Shown here: positions 7,564 to 15,874 of the stretch, piece after piece
Layout: the number at the start of each line of letters is the position of its first letter
Numbering within the stretch: the stretch's first letter is position 1
Origin: Bacillus phage MrBubbles
Sequence record: OM350013.1
Strand: one strand, 5' to 3'
Length of the DNA stretch: 24,000 nt
Translations under genes and position numbers: made by a program
Notes under the pieces: model-generated
Databases searched by the model: none
Seen by the model: only the letters and a program-made list of their open reading frames with translations
Told to the model about the DNA's origin: nothing

Positions 7564-7770
7564 GTGACAAGGGCGTACATAGTTGATAGTAACATTAGTT
7601 TCTTTGTAAGGCGCGTATACAGTTACGGCGATGTGTTCACACATAATAACAAAGAATATCAAGTGCTATACATAACAGGTGATACAATGTTCATTGCGTG
7701 CGTATCACATACACATCAAGGTAAAATAAAAAGAGTTTCAAAAAGTGTTGTACAAGTTAAATATGTATGA
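7564..7770 (+). CDS. hypothetical protein
   Basis: 68 aa ORF with GTG start after GAGGAGGGGA. Confidence 0.75.
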   Translation: MTRAYIVDSNISFFVRRVYSYGDVFTHNNKEYQVLYITGDTMFIACVSHTHQGKIKRVSKSVVQVKYV

Positions 7771-7776
7771 TACAAT
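7748..7776 (+). promoter_or_regulatory. promoter
   Basis: TTGTAC-17-TACAAT, then CAGTTAAGAAAAAC. Confidence 0.85.
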
Positions 7777-7818
7777 GAGGGCAGTTAAGAAAAACAAAAA
7801 AAAAGGTGGTAGATTAAA

Positions 7819-8406
7819 ATGAGATTTACAGATAGTCTAACAGTGGTAAACGAGGCGGCAGAAAGAAAATTAGTTGTTAGAGAGGCATTGAGTCAAGTTG
7901 AGTTATTAGTGGAAATTACAGATTTATATGACCGTGGTTTAACAGCTATCTATTTAAACGTTGATGAGGTTAAAAGCCTTGTAAACTCTATGCACAAACA
8001 TTTCCGTCGTGATAAGTTCATCTATAAAAGTGAGCGCTCTTTATACTTCAAATATATGTCAGAGACAGAGCGAACAACAGTCGAGCTAAACATGTTTGTA
8101 ATCCGTATTAGTGAACTGGATTTACAAAAGACCTGCTTACTATTTGAAAAGTGGTTAACACATCACGGTATTGAGTTTGAAGGTATGGACACAACAAAGG
8201 AAAAGCTCACACTTAAGATTGATGAATGTAAGAAAGATTTACAGTTCTTTACTAATGAAAAAGTTAGCATTATTTCAAGTATGACAAGCGTGACAAATAA
8301 CACTGTTTTAGATGTGCTGGTGTGTGATTTAAAGGAAGCAAACCGCAATATTGAGAGATTAGAAAAAACTTTACAGGATTGTATTGACAGACTATCACAA
8401 TTTTAG
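7819..8406 (+). CDS. hypothetical protein, C-terminal coiled-coil-like
   Basis: 195 aa ORF downstream of promoter. Confidence 0.87.
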   Translation: MRFTDSLTVVNEAAERKLVVREALSQVELLVEITDLYDRGLTAIYLNVDEVKSLVNSMHKHFRRDKFIYKSERSLYFKYMSETERTTVELNMFVIRISELDLQKTCLLFEKWLTHHGIEFEGMDTTKEKLTLKIDECKKDLQFFTNEKVSIISSMTSVTNNTVLDVLVCDLKEANRNIERLEKTLQDCIDRLSQF

Positions 8407-8442
8407 TAAACTAGGGTTAACTTAATAAGGAGGTAGTTGCAA

Positions 8443-8577
8443 ATGACTAAAGAGCCTACGTTATACAAAGGTGGGACAAGCATTAAGAGCCAACACCGCG
8501 CGGTACGTAAATTTAACAATAGCAATAGTAACGAAATGTTAAAGGCGTTGCGCAAAAGTAAGAAGGTGAAAAAGTAA
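8443..8577 (+). CDS. small basic protein (44 aa), not in the supplied ORF track
   Basis: MTKEPTLYKGGTSIKSQHRAVRKFNNSNSNEMLKALRKSKKVKK; RBS AAGGAGGT; TAATG overlap with next gene. Confidence 0.78.
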   Translation: MTKEPTLYKGGTSIKSQHRAVRKFNNSNSNEMLKALRKSKKVKK

Positions 8578-8777
8578 TGGATTGGAAATCATTAGATGAT
8601 AAAACCTTTGTCATGAAGGTAAAGGAGTTCGTTAAGGGGTTTAACACCCCTCGAACTTCTATGAAAGAGGTCATAGAGTTTAACGAAACGTTAGACATTA
8701 TAGAAAGCGAATATGATAGACGTTTCTATCTTGATTTCTATGAATCATACTATGAGTTACTGGACATTGAAAACTAA
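8577..8777 (+). CDS. hypothetical protein
   Basis: 66 aa ORF. Confidence 0.78.
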   Translation: MDWKSLDDKTFVMKVKEFVKGFNTPRTSMKEVIEFNETLDIIESEYDRRFYLDFYESYYELLDIEN

Positions 8778-8797
8778 ATATTAGGAGGTCGTTATAT

Positions 8798-9061
8798 ATG
8801 ACAACACCAGAAACCTTACAAGAACAACGCGAGGAGCTACAGGACAAGCTAGAATTATTGTGGGATGCGTTCGACTATTCGTCGAGCCCGTCGGAGCGTG
8901 AAGAACTTAAAACAGAGATTCGTGGTATTAAGGCGCAAATTGACAAGCTTAATAAAACGCTAGACATGTTACAAGATAACATTAATGAGGATGCTTGGTA
9001 CAGTTCTAGTGATGCGAGATTATACGAAACGGGGTTAACACAAGATGACTTCCTTCAATAG
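8798..9061 (+). CDS. hypothetical coiled-coil protein
   Basis: 87 aa ORF, RBS TAGGAGGTCG. Confidence 0.82.
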   Translation: MTTPETLQEQREELQDKLELLWDAFDYSSSPSEREELKTEIRGIKAQIDKLNKTLDMLQDNINEDAWYSSSDARLYETGLTQDDFLQ

Positions 9062-9248
9062 TAAAGAGTTGCTTACATTACATGGGGCATTACACGAGTT
9101 TATACACTATGGATTCTTTGACGTATTTTCAACTAGTAAGATTAGTTCATATCAATTAAAAGATGTGTTAGATATAATGGGAATCAAGTACACGTCTGAT
9201 ATTGGTAGTGTTAACGGGTACAAGTATATAAGAATTAAATTAAAATAA
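9045..9248 (+). CDS. hypothetical protein
   Basis: 67 aa ORF overlapping upstream 3' end. Confidence 0.65.
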   Translation: MTSFNSKELLTLHGALHEFIHYGFFDVFSTSKISSYQLKDVLDIMGIKYTSDIGSVNGYKYIRIKLK

Positions 9249-9252
9249 GGGG

Positions 9253-9281
9253 TTGCAACCCCTTTACATACATGCTACAAT
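9253..9281 (+). promoter_or_regulatory. promoter with palindromic -35 region
   Basis: AAGGGGTTGCAACCCCTT (9247-9264), TTGCAA-17-TACAAT, then CAGGTTAAG. Confidence 0.92.
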
Positions 9282-9323
9282 GATTACAGGTTAAGAAATA
9301 CAAATAATTTAATAAGGTGGTAG

Positions 9324-9596
9324 TTGGATATGAAAAAAGCTGAGATGGTAGAAAAGATGCAAGCATGTGTTAAGGAGTTAGAAAGCATTTGCACTTATGA
9401 TGCTGGTAAGCTTGCTTTATTAACTAATCAATACATGGGTATTAGATTGCACTATACTTGCTTAAAAGCTGATAGAGTTTACAAAGCTATCTGTAATAGT
9501 GATATGGATTACTTACAAGGCATTCACAGCCGTGCTCTAGAAATCATTATGGGTTATATGATTAACACAACTTATGATATTAAGGTAGGTGCATAA
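9324..9596 (+). CDS. hypothetical protein
   Basis: 90 aa ORF downstream of promoter and GGTGGTAG RBS. Confidence 0.83.
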   Translation: MDMKKAEMVEKMQACVKELESICTYDAGKLALLTNQYMGIRLHYTCLKADRVYKAICNSDMDYLQGIHSRALEIIMGYMINTTYDIKVGA

Positions 9597-9598
9597 CT

Positions 9599-9805
9599 AT
9601 GTATATTCGTAGTGAAGTGAAAACAATGTCAGAAACTCAATTAATGTTAGCTTTTCATAGAATTAGTTGTGAAATGGTTAAAGATGAAATGAGCGGTAAA
9701 GGTGTTAAGCAAAAGACACAACGCGCTCTAGGTTACATTATTAGTGAATTGGTAGGGCGTTATGATTTAAATGAAAATGAATTAATCGACGGAATTTGGC
9801 AATAA
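9599..9805 (+). CDS. hypothetical protein
   Basis: 68 aa ORF. Confidence 0.72.
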   Translation: MYIRSEVKTMSETQLMLAFHRISCEMVKDEMSGKGVKQKTQRALGYIISELVGRYDLNENELIDGIWQ

Positions 9806-9809
9806 ACGT

Positions 9810-9838
9810 TTGCATTTTAAAAGTGGACATGCTATACT
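9810..9838 (+). promoter_or_regulatory. promoter
   Basis: TTGCAT-17-TATACT, then CAGGTTAAC. Confidence 0.8.
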
Positions 9839-9877
9839 AATTACAGGTTAACAAAACAACTAAAAAAAGGTAGGTAG

Positions 9878-10165
9878 ATGAAAATGAAGAAAACTCCAGA
9901 TTACAAATATTATGTTACTATGATTGATACTTTCATGAGCGGGTGGGGCGAAGCTAAAGACCGTAAAAACAAACTAGCTTTCGAATGTGAATCTTATGAG
10001 GAAGCGCAAATTGTAGCAGGTAACGGAACAGGTCGCGAGGAAATGAAGTATGTATACATTTGCTCCAATAGACCTAAACAAAAGAAAGGCGAATTACTTC
10101 AATTCAAAACTAAAGAAGAAATGGGCGCGTTCTATACTCCTAATAAATGGGGTGCGCCTTGGTAA
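9878..10165 (+). CDS. hypothetical small phage-type protein
   Basis: 95 aa ORF (KYYVTMIDTFMSGWGEAKDRKNKLAFECESYEEAQIVA...). Confidence 0.83.
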   Translation: MKMKKTPDYKYYVTMIDTFMSGWGEAKDRKNKLAFECESYEEAQIVAGNGTGREEMKYVYICSNRPKQKKGELLQFKTKEEMGAFYTPNKWGAPW

Positions 10166-10171
10166 GAACTG

Positions 10172-10233
10172 TCTGGACAGTGACGAAAGTCAAAGGGCAT
10201 TAAGTCCAGAGCGTCCCGCCTAATAAGGGCGGG
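10172..10233 (+). ncRNA. candidate structured intergenic RNA
   Basis: TCTGGAC(10172-10178)...GTCCAGA(10204-10210) enclosing TGAC-GAAA-GTCA, followed by CCCGCC-TAATAAG-GGCGGG (10215-10233). Confidence 0.5.
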
Positions 10234-10252
10234 GGTTGCCAATAAAAAAGTG

Positions 10253-10282
10253 TTGACACTTTTCGACGGCATATGATACAAT
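10253..10282 (+). promoter_or_regulatory. promoter with -35 in inverted repeat
   Basis: AAAAGTG-TTGA-CACTTTT (10246-10263); TTGACA-18-TACAAT, then TCAGTTAAG. Confidence 0.88.
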
Positions 10283-10327
10283 GAAGTCAGTTAAGAAATA
10301 CAAAAAAATATAAGGTGGTAGTTACAT

Positions 10328-11308
10328 ATGACAAACGTAAATGAATTAAAAGCAGTTGAGGAAAAAGAAGTAATTCAAATTGAAGGTAAGGAATTTAATT
10401 TCCCATTATATGATGGTTATAATGAAGAATTATGTGATAGTGAAGGGAACCGCGTTACTCGTCAAGCGTTATCGTTTATTATAGAGGATAAGCAATCAGG
10501 CGACCTTGACAGAGTTATTAGTGACATGGTTGACCGTTATAGCAGTGATAGCACTTATGATATATGGACAATGATGAGAGACGCACGAGACGCCTTTCAA
10601 GATGCAATAAGTGAGGGTATGGTTGTCGTTAATCCGGAGGACATGAATGACACAATGTTAAACGCTTATCTGTATCTTTTAGATAGTGAGTTACAAGCGA
10701 ATAGAAGTGAGATTCTATATAACTACATTGTATACCGTGTTAATAAAATGTTAGTGGACAAGCATGTAACACAAATGGACATCGAAGGTCTAGAGCAGGA
10801 AATTGAGAATTATGCAGACGAGGCAGAAAATAGTTATAGTGAGTTTGATTACATGGATGATGAAATGTTTTCTCAGTTGGAAGAATTCATTGATTCATAT
10901 ATGGCAGGTCTTGAAATGGGACAAGCTCTTGATAATCAAGATTGGGAAAATATCGGTGATGTAACTATCACAGAGGGCGCAATGTTTATTAAGAAAGACG
11001 AAGACACAGACAATAGTTATTATGTGGAACGTGTATATGGTAACGAATTTGAATCATTCTATTTAGATAGTATGTATATTGATTTAAACGATGGTTGGAT
11101 TAACTGGTATGATATCAACGAGTATGCAGGAATTAGCATGGACGCGGAACCATATGAAAGAATTAGCGCTTTAATAGGATATGACGGTATTGAAAACTTT
11201 AATCCTTCGACAACAGAGTGTGAAAAGGCTGTAGACTTATGTGCAGCACTTAGAAACGCTGGTGTAAATGTGGTATGGAGCACGGAGCACGAAGAAATAC
11301 AATTCTAA
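10328..11308 (+). CDS. large acidic hypothetical protein (326 aa)
   Basis: Intact ORF directly behind promoter and GGTGGTAG RBS. Confidence 0.9.
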   Translation: MTNVNELKAVEEKEVIQIEGKEFNFPLYDGYNEELCDSEGNRVTRQALSFIIEDKQSGDLDRVISDMVDRYSSDSTYDIWTMMRDARDAFQDAISEGMVVVNPEDMNDTMLNAYLYLLDSELQANRSEILYNYIVYRVNKMLVDKHVTQMDIEGLEQEIENYADEAENSYSEFDYMDDEMFSQLEEFIDSYMAGLEMGQALDNQDWENIGDVTITEGAMFIKKDEDTDNSYYVERVYGNEFESFYLDSMYIDLNDGWINWYDINEYAGISMDAEPYERISALIGYDGIENFNPSTTECEKAVDLCAALRNAGVNVVWSTEHEEIQF

Positions 11309-11313
11309 ATAAT

Positions 11314-11359
11314 ATAGGTGGACAAGCCTAATATTTAAAATAGGGGCTTGTCTTCCTAT
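11314..11359 (+). terminator. inverted repeat/possible attenuator overlapping the next promoter
   Basis: ATAGGTGGACAAGCC (11314-11328) versus GGCTTGTCTTCCTAT (11345-11359), central 8 bp perfect. Confidence 0.5.
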
Positions 11360-11376
11360 TATACATATGATACAAT
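11348..11376 (+). promoter_or_regulatory. promoter
   Basis: TTGTCT-17-TACAAT, then CAGGTTAAG. Confidence 0.85.
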
Positions 11377-11422
11377 GATTACAGGTTAAGAAATACAATA
11401 CATATAAGGGTGGTAGATTCAT

Positions 11423-11602
11423 ATGACAATTAAAGAAGGTTCTAAGGTTAGTGTTAAAACTCAAATGGGGTATAAGTTCACAGGCACGGTTACAACTGGT
11501 GTGGATTCTCGTACAATCTGGGTTATCAATGACTATGAAGGAACAATGCATGTAGTAGACTTGAAAAACGACAAAGTCACAGTAATAGAAGGGGCTTTGT
11601 AA
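11423..11602 (+). CDS. small hypothetical protein (59 aa), not in the supplied ORF track
   Basis: MTIKEGSKVSVKTQMGYKFTGTVTTGVDSRTIWVINDYEGTMHVVDLKNDKVTVIEGAL; promoter plus GGGTGGTAG RBS. Confidence 0.85.
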   Translation: MTIKEGSKVSVKTQMGYKFTGTVTTGVDSRTIWVINDYEGTMHVVDLKNDKVTVIEGAL

Positions 11603-11603
11603 T

Positions 11604-11807
11604 ATGTGTCAAGTTGTCTCGTTCACAAACTATAAAGCACACGGGGCGGTGATTGATGATAGATTTGTATATCACTGTGCAAACGGTGAATGTCACGCGG
11701 TTGCCTATTATGGGGAACCTGTTGAATGTCCGGAGTGTGGCTGTAATTTAGTAGTAGAAACCTTTATAACGGATGAGGGTGTCAGTGAGAGTTATAAGGT
11801 AGTATAA
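11604..11807 (+). CDS. small putative zinc-ribbon-like protein
   Basis: 67 aa, HCANGECH...CPECGC cysteine pattern. Confidence 0.78.
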   Translation: MCQVVSFTNYKAHGAVIDDRFVYHCANGECHAVAYYGEPVECPECGCNLVVETFITDEGVSESYKVV

Positions 11808-11815
11808 AAAAAGTG

Positions 11816-11844
11816 TTGCAACTAGAAAATACATATGATACAAT
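11816..11844 (+). promoter_or_regulatory. promoter
   Basis: TTGCAA-17-TACAAT, then TAGGTTAAG. Confidence 0.9.
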
Positions 11845-11891
11845 GATTATAGGTTAAGAAAACAAATAACTTTATAAGGTGGTAGTTAAAT

Positions 11892-12344
11892 ATGAAAAAG
11901 TTAAATGATGGTTTACAGGTGGTTCAAGAGTGTGTTATGTTCGATTGTCATTATAGCACTTGTGATGATATCCGTGTAGTCAAGGATTCAAACAATAATG
12001 TTACTGTTGCAATTCGTGTGGATAACGGAGAAACAATGTCAACACCAAGCGCAAACCTAACACCAGCGGAGATTGTACTATTTACAGAAACGCTAGTAAA
12101 GTTCTTAGAAATATTAGAGGAGGACAAGCCTACATCTACTAATAAAGAAGTGGTTATATGTCCAGAGTCAGACAATACCAAGTTTACAGTATCGGTTAAT
12201 CATTATGACTGTGATATATGTTTTGATATGTACGGCGATAGAATCTACCTCGACGTTTTCCAAGTACAAGACATTATAAACCTGCTAAACAAAGAATTAA
12301 AACATGTTCATATCTCAGAGCGTGTTATAGGGGGTGGACAGTAA
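11892..12344 (+). CDS. hypothetical protein
   Basis: 150 aa ORF downstream of promoter. Confidence 0.87.
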   Translation: MKKLNDGLQVVQECVMFDCHYSTCDDIRVVKDSNNNVTVAIRVDNGETMSTPSANLTPAEIVLFTETLVKFLEILEEDKPTSTNKEVVICPESDNTKFTVSVNHYDCDICFDMYGDRIYLDVFQVQDIINLLNKELKHVHISERVIGGGQ

Positions 12345-12538
12345 TGCAAGTTAAGTTAAGACAGAACAACATTACACAGGTTATGGAAGACATTAAGGAA
12401 GCTCATGAGGATGTTATGAGCGGAGCAATGAGGAAAGTACAGTGTGTGCAATTGATTGCGGATTGCAGAGAAGTCAAAATGATTCTAGTAAATGAATTAT
12501 GGGAAGAAATGTACAGGGGGTTCGATTATAATGTTTAA
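12344..12538 (+). CDS. hypothetical protein
   Basis: 64 aa ORF, TAATG overlap. Confidence 0.75.
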   Translation: MQVKLRQNNITQVMEDIKEAHEDVMSGAMRKVQCVQLIADCREVKMILVNELWEEMYRGFDYNV

Positions 12539-12866
12539 CGTTAACGACTTTCAATTTGTAGTTACTAGTAATGACACACAGGCGGTATTCGGTTTGGATG
12601 TAGGGGAACAAAAGGAAGGCGCGATATTAATGTATGACCTTAACGTGTACCTTTTAGCAGGTCTGGAGAACGGGGAATATGTTGATAGATTCAATTACTC
12701 TAATAGAGCCGAGGACGAGGCAAGGGCGGCGTATATGGTTTGGTTTGCGTGGTCTAATAGTCTACGTGAAGAACTAGAGTTAAAAGGCTTCTCAATGTCT
12801 AGTAACAAGGTTACAACGAAAGTGCAATGTTTAATAGAGGAAGCACAGGAGGAGTTAAACAAATGA
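12531..12866 (+). CDS. hypothetical protein
   Basis: Listed from 12492; ATG 12531 (MFNVNDFQF...) has a GGGGG RBS. Confidence 0.82.
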   Translation: MFNVNDFQFVVTSNDTQAVFGLDVGEQKEGAILMYDLNVYLLAGLENGEYVDRFNYSNRAEDEARAAYMVWFAWSNSLREELELKGFSMSSNKVTTKVQCLIEEAQEELNK

Positions 12867-12958
12867 GCATGAGAGGCAGTTTAAAAATGGTTGTGTGTAT
12901 CGGGTTTATGGGTGGAGTTATTTGGGGAATGGCACAATTCTTAGAAATTATGAATTAA
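12863..12958 (+). CDS. 31-aa hydrophobic microprotein, not in the supplied ORF track
   Basis: MSMRGSLKMVVCIGFMGGVIWGMAQFLEIMN; ATGA overlap; GGAGG upstream; promoter follows immediately. Confidence 0.65.
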   Translation: MSMRGSLKMVVCIGFMGGVIWGMAQFLEIMN

Positions 12959-12972
12959 TTTAAAATTGGGGG

Positions 12973-13001
12973 TTGTCACCCCCTTACATACATGGTACAA
13001 T
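12973..13001 (+). promoter_or_regulatory. promoter with -35 in inverted repeat
   Basis: GGGGGTTGTCACCCCC (12968-12983); TTGTCA-17-TACAAT. Confidence 0.92.
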
Positions 13002-13045
13002 GATTACAGGTTAACAAATACATATAAAAAGGATGGTAGTTACAT

Positions 13046-13378
13046 ATGAATAAAACAATTAGTATGGTTGATGTAGTGGCAGAGGTTCAAGAGGTTAAGG
13101 GCTGGGAAGTTAGCAACGTTCACCCAACTTATATGAACATTACTAATGAGAAAGGTCACAGTCTGTATGTTCAGATTAATTCGTTAACGAAAGATATTGT
13201 TATTGCAGCTCGACATAATGAACGTATAACGGAGACAGTAACGGCTATAGGAAATAATCGTCCTATAATGGATGTTATCGCGGCGATGGTTGACACGTTT
13301 GATGCTATCGAAGAAATTAAAAGTAGAGGTATAAACTGGGTTTGTTACGTTCGTAAAATTAAGATAGATGATTTGTAA
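13046..13378 (+). CDS. hypothetical protein
   Basis: 110 aa ORF downstream of promoter. Confidence 0.87.
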   Translation: MNKTISMVDVVAEVQEVKGWEVSNVHPTYMNITNEKGHSLYVQINSLTKDIVIAARHNERITETVTAIGNNRPIMDVIAAMVDTFDAIEEIKSRGINWVCYVRKIKIDDL

Positions 13379-13387
13379 AATAAAGTG

Positions 13388-13417
13388 TTGACAGTTTCAA
13401 AGGTTACATGATACAAT
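13388..13417 (+). promoter_or_regulatory. promoter
   Basis: TTGACA-18-TACAAT, then CAGGTTAAG. Confidence 0.9.
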
Positions 13418-13462
13418 GATTACAGGTTAAGAAAACAACAAATTAATAGGAGGTAGTTACAT

Positions 13463-13930
13463 ATGACTACAGACAGAATTCAAAAAGGTGAAGAACTGGT
13501 TATCATCAATACAAACATGTTTAACAAGAAATACAAGGCGGTACACATGGAAACAGTTGTTGTGACTGACATTACAAGCATTGATGAGGGTGTTGTCGAA
13601 TGTAAGTATTCTGGTTATAATTTTGCTGGTGATTTAACAGAAACGCTTGTCTTACCACTAGTAATCCTTAAGCGTAAAAATCAATTGGACGATGATGAGT
13701 ATGACATGTACTTAGAAGTTAATAAGAATAAGCTATTTTCTTCTAAATCCACTGAGATTGCTCATATAATCATCAAAGAGTACAAAGAATATGGACATGT
13801 TCATAATAGCCGTATAAGTGAACTATGCAACACTATTGCAGGGCTTTACGAGTTCGATAAACATAATTTTATGTCTCTGGTTTTATCACAAGTAATCACA
13901 ATCACAAAAACTATGAAAGAGGGAAAATAA
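13463..13930 (+). CDS. hypothetical protein
   Basis: 155 aa ORF, AGGAGGTAG RBS. Confidence 0.88.
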   Translation: MTTDRIQKGEELVIINTNMFNKKYKAVHMETVVVTDITSIDEGVVECKYSGYNFAGDLTETLVLPLVILKRKNQLDDDEYDMYLEVNKNKLFSSKSTEIAHIIIKEYKEYGHVHNSRISELCNTIAGLYEFDKHNFMSLVLSQVITITKTMKEGK

Positions 13931-13931
13931 T

Positions 13932-14213
13932 ATGTATACATTAAACGATGAGTTAATCAAAGGTCAAGTATGGTTTGAGGACGCTGTAGAAATGTTAAAT
14001 GAAGGAATCGCGGTAACTGTTGAGGTTAATGGTTACGATTATGAAATTGACCTAGCTGCAAACTATATAGGTGGTGACCACTTACCAGATGATGAATTTA
14101 TTAGCGAAGTACTAGGGAACGTACATTACAATGGTGCTGAGAATGTTATTTTTAAAACAGTAGATTACCTACTTAATGGACATAGTATAGAAGATATTAA
14201 TGTAACGTTTTAA
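13932..14213 (+). CDS. hypothetical protein
   Basis: 93 aa ORF. Confidence 0.83.
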   Translation: MYTLNDELIKGQVWFEDAVEMLNEGIAVTVEVNGYDYEIDLAANYIGGDHLPDDEFISEVLGNVHYNGAENVIFKTVDYLLNGHSIEDINVTF

Positions 14214-14224
14214 TAAATAGGGGC

Positions 14225-14253
14225 TTGTCAGCCCCTTGCATATATGATACAAT
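14225..14253 (+). promoter_or_regulatory. promoter with -35 in inverted repeat
   Basis: AGGGGCTTGTCAGCCCCT (14219-14236); TTGTCA-17-TACAAT. Confidence 0.92.
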
Positions 14254-14301
14254 GATTACAGGTTAAGAAAACAAATACAAATTAAAGGATGGTAGGTTAT
14301 T

Positions 14302-14664
14302 ATGACAGTAGTGAGAAATCAGTTTACAACTTTAGGTTTTGCAGGTAAAAACTATGTAATAAACGAAGATGAAACGATGGTGTATGTGTTAGAATCTTAC
14401 AGTCAGTTAGACATGAGTCAAGGGTTTGGACTTAATGTATCAATGGAACTAATTGCAGGATGGGAATATATTGACATTGACTATAGTGACCGTCAAGGGT
14501 GGGCGTCTAAAGAGTCATTTGTAAACGAGACGCACAATGAAGACTTCACATTCTATCCGATGGTTGAAACATTAAAAGAGGCAATAGAGGAATCTGGATT
14601 TAAACTATTATCTACATTCGATGAAAGCCGTATAGTTAAGGTTTTGGGTGGAGAAGATGAATAA
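14302..14664 (+). CDS. hypothetical protein
   Basis: 120 aa ORF downstream of promoter. Confidence 0.86.
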   Translation: MTVVRNQFTTLGFAGKNYVINEDETMVYVLESYSQLDMSQGFGLNVSMELIAGWEYIDIDYSDRQGWASKESFVNETHNEDFTFYPMVETLKEAIEESGFKLLSTFDESRIVKVLGGEDE

Positions 14665-14884
14665 CGGCGACAGCCTTACAAATGGTGACGGCTGGGAATA
14701 TTCAAGCGAAAACTTTGACCGTAATACACTCATCGTTAGATGGTGGGTGTATTGGTCGGGGTGGATAGATGAGCAATTCCCAGAACATGACCCTATTGAA
14801 TTCTTGAAAGTACCAGTTAAATATAAATGTTGGGGTAAAGGGGTGCAGGACAATGACAGAAACGTTGTTATGTTTAAATACTGA
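14657..14884 (+). CDS. hypothetical Trp-rich protein
   Basis: Overlapping ORF (GTG at 14648 or ATG at 14657), WWVYWSGWIDEQF. Confidence 0.7.
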   Translation: MNNGDSLTNGDGWEYSSENFDRNTLIVRWWVYWSGWIDEQFPEHDPIEFLKVPVKYKCWGKGVQDNDRNVVMFKY

Positions 14885-15275
14885 GACAAGCCTTTTCATG
14901 GGTGAAGGTTTACCAGCTGGAGCTATTACCGAGATGTATGGAACGGCTCTGGATTATGCGGCACAGTATGCAGGGTTTTACGGGTCAATACAAGACGTTG
15001 TTTACAACGGTGATAGTTTACTATCTTATGATTATTGTGATGCTGAGGTTAGGGTTTTAGCCGCGTACAGCGGTGTAGGCACTTCTAAGATTATAGCAGA
15101 TGAACAGGAGCATTTAAACAGCTATCTAGAGTGGTTGACAAAAGAAACATTATGGTGTAACATGGTATACGGCGCTAATCCTAGCGAACTAGCGAAAATG
15201 TTTAGAGATTTAGAGTTTGAAAGTTTGGTAGAAATGTTAGGTACAACAAACTATTATAAAGGGTGGTCGTTATAA
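14853..15275 (+). CDS. hypothetical protein
   Basis: 140 aa ORF overlapping upstream 3' end. Confidence 0.8.
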   Translation: MTETLLCLNTETSLFMGEGLPAGAITEMYGTALDYAAQYAGFYGSIQDVVYNGDSLLSYDYCDAEVRVLAAYSGVGTSKIIADEQEHLNSYLEWLTKETLWCNMVYGANPSELAKMFRDLEFESLVEMLGTTNYYKGWSL

Positions 15276-15874
15276 TGACAGAGGTAATTTTAACAAATGC
15301 AGAGGAAACGGACAAAATTTTATTCGTTAGTGATTTAATTAAATCATTCCAACGTATACAGAAAGGTAAACAGTTTCGTTTCTGGTATAGAGATGTGCAT
15401 CATGTAGACAAGCCGTTAAAATACGTTGATGGTAGAATAGCAAATTCGTTTCTACAGTCTTTCGATGTTAAAAGCGCGTTTGATGAAATAACAAACATTC
15501 AATATCAGAATGTTGAACAAATTATATTCCTTGAGAATGGTTCTATGTATGATTTACGAGCTGATTTGTTTAAACATGCTCTTGACATTACAGAAACAGC
15601 ACTATTTAAATACCTTACCAACATTGATGAAAAGCGCATATTGATTACTGTAATAGCTAAAGACATGAATTACAAGATTATTAGAATTATTACAGGGCGA
15701 ATTGATGTTGTGAACGCGGAAAGTGAAGTCGTTGTTGTTAGACATGATGACTCGCCTAGCCAGTGTACAGAAATTGGATTCGAAGAAGTTATGAGCATTC
15801 AAGAACGATTACAAAATGAAGATAGCATTGAGTTTACTTTCATTAATAATAACTTGTGGAGGTCTACAAAATGA
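15275..15874 (+). CDS. hypothetical protein
   Basis: Listed from 15263; MTEVILTN... start preferred (TAATG overlap). Confidence 0.84.
   Translation: MTEVILTNAEETDKILFVSDLIKSFQRIQKGKQFRFWYRDVHHVDKPLKYVDGRIANSFLQSFDVKSAFDEITNIQYQNVEQIIFLENGSMYDLRADLFKHALDITETALFKYLTNIDEKRILITVIAKDMNYKIIRIITGRIDVVNAESEVVVVRHDDSPSQCTEIGFEEVMSIQERLQNEDSIEFTFINNNLWRSTK

Noticed and set aside
8163-8698. Minus-strand ORFs 8163..8348 and 8513..8698
   Set aside because: Antisense to supported genes.
11059-12181. Minus-strand ORFs 11059..11283, 11237..11551 and 11951..12181
   Set aside because: 11237..11551 covers the promoter and ORF 11423..11602 on the plus strand; the others are antisense shadows.
14608-14899. Two minus-strand ORFs in different frames
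   Set aside because: Overlapping antisense frames within dense plus-strand coding; not credible.
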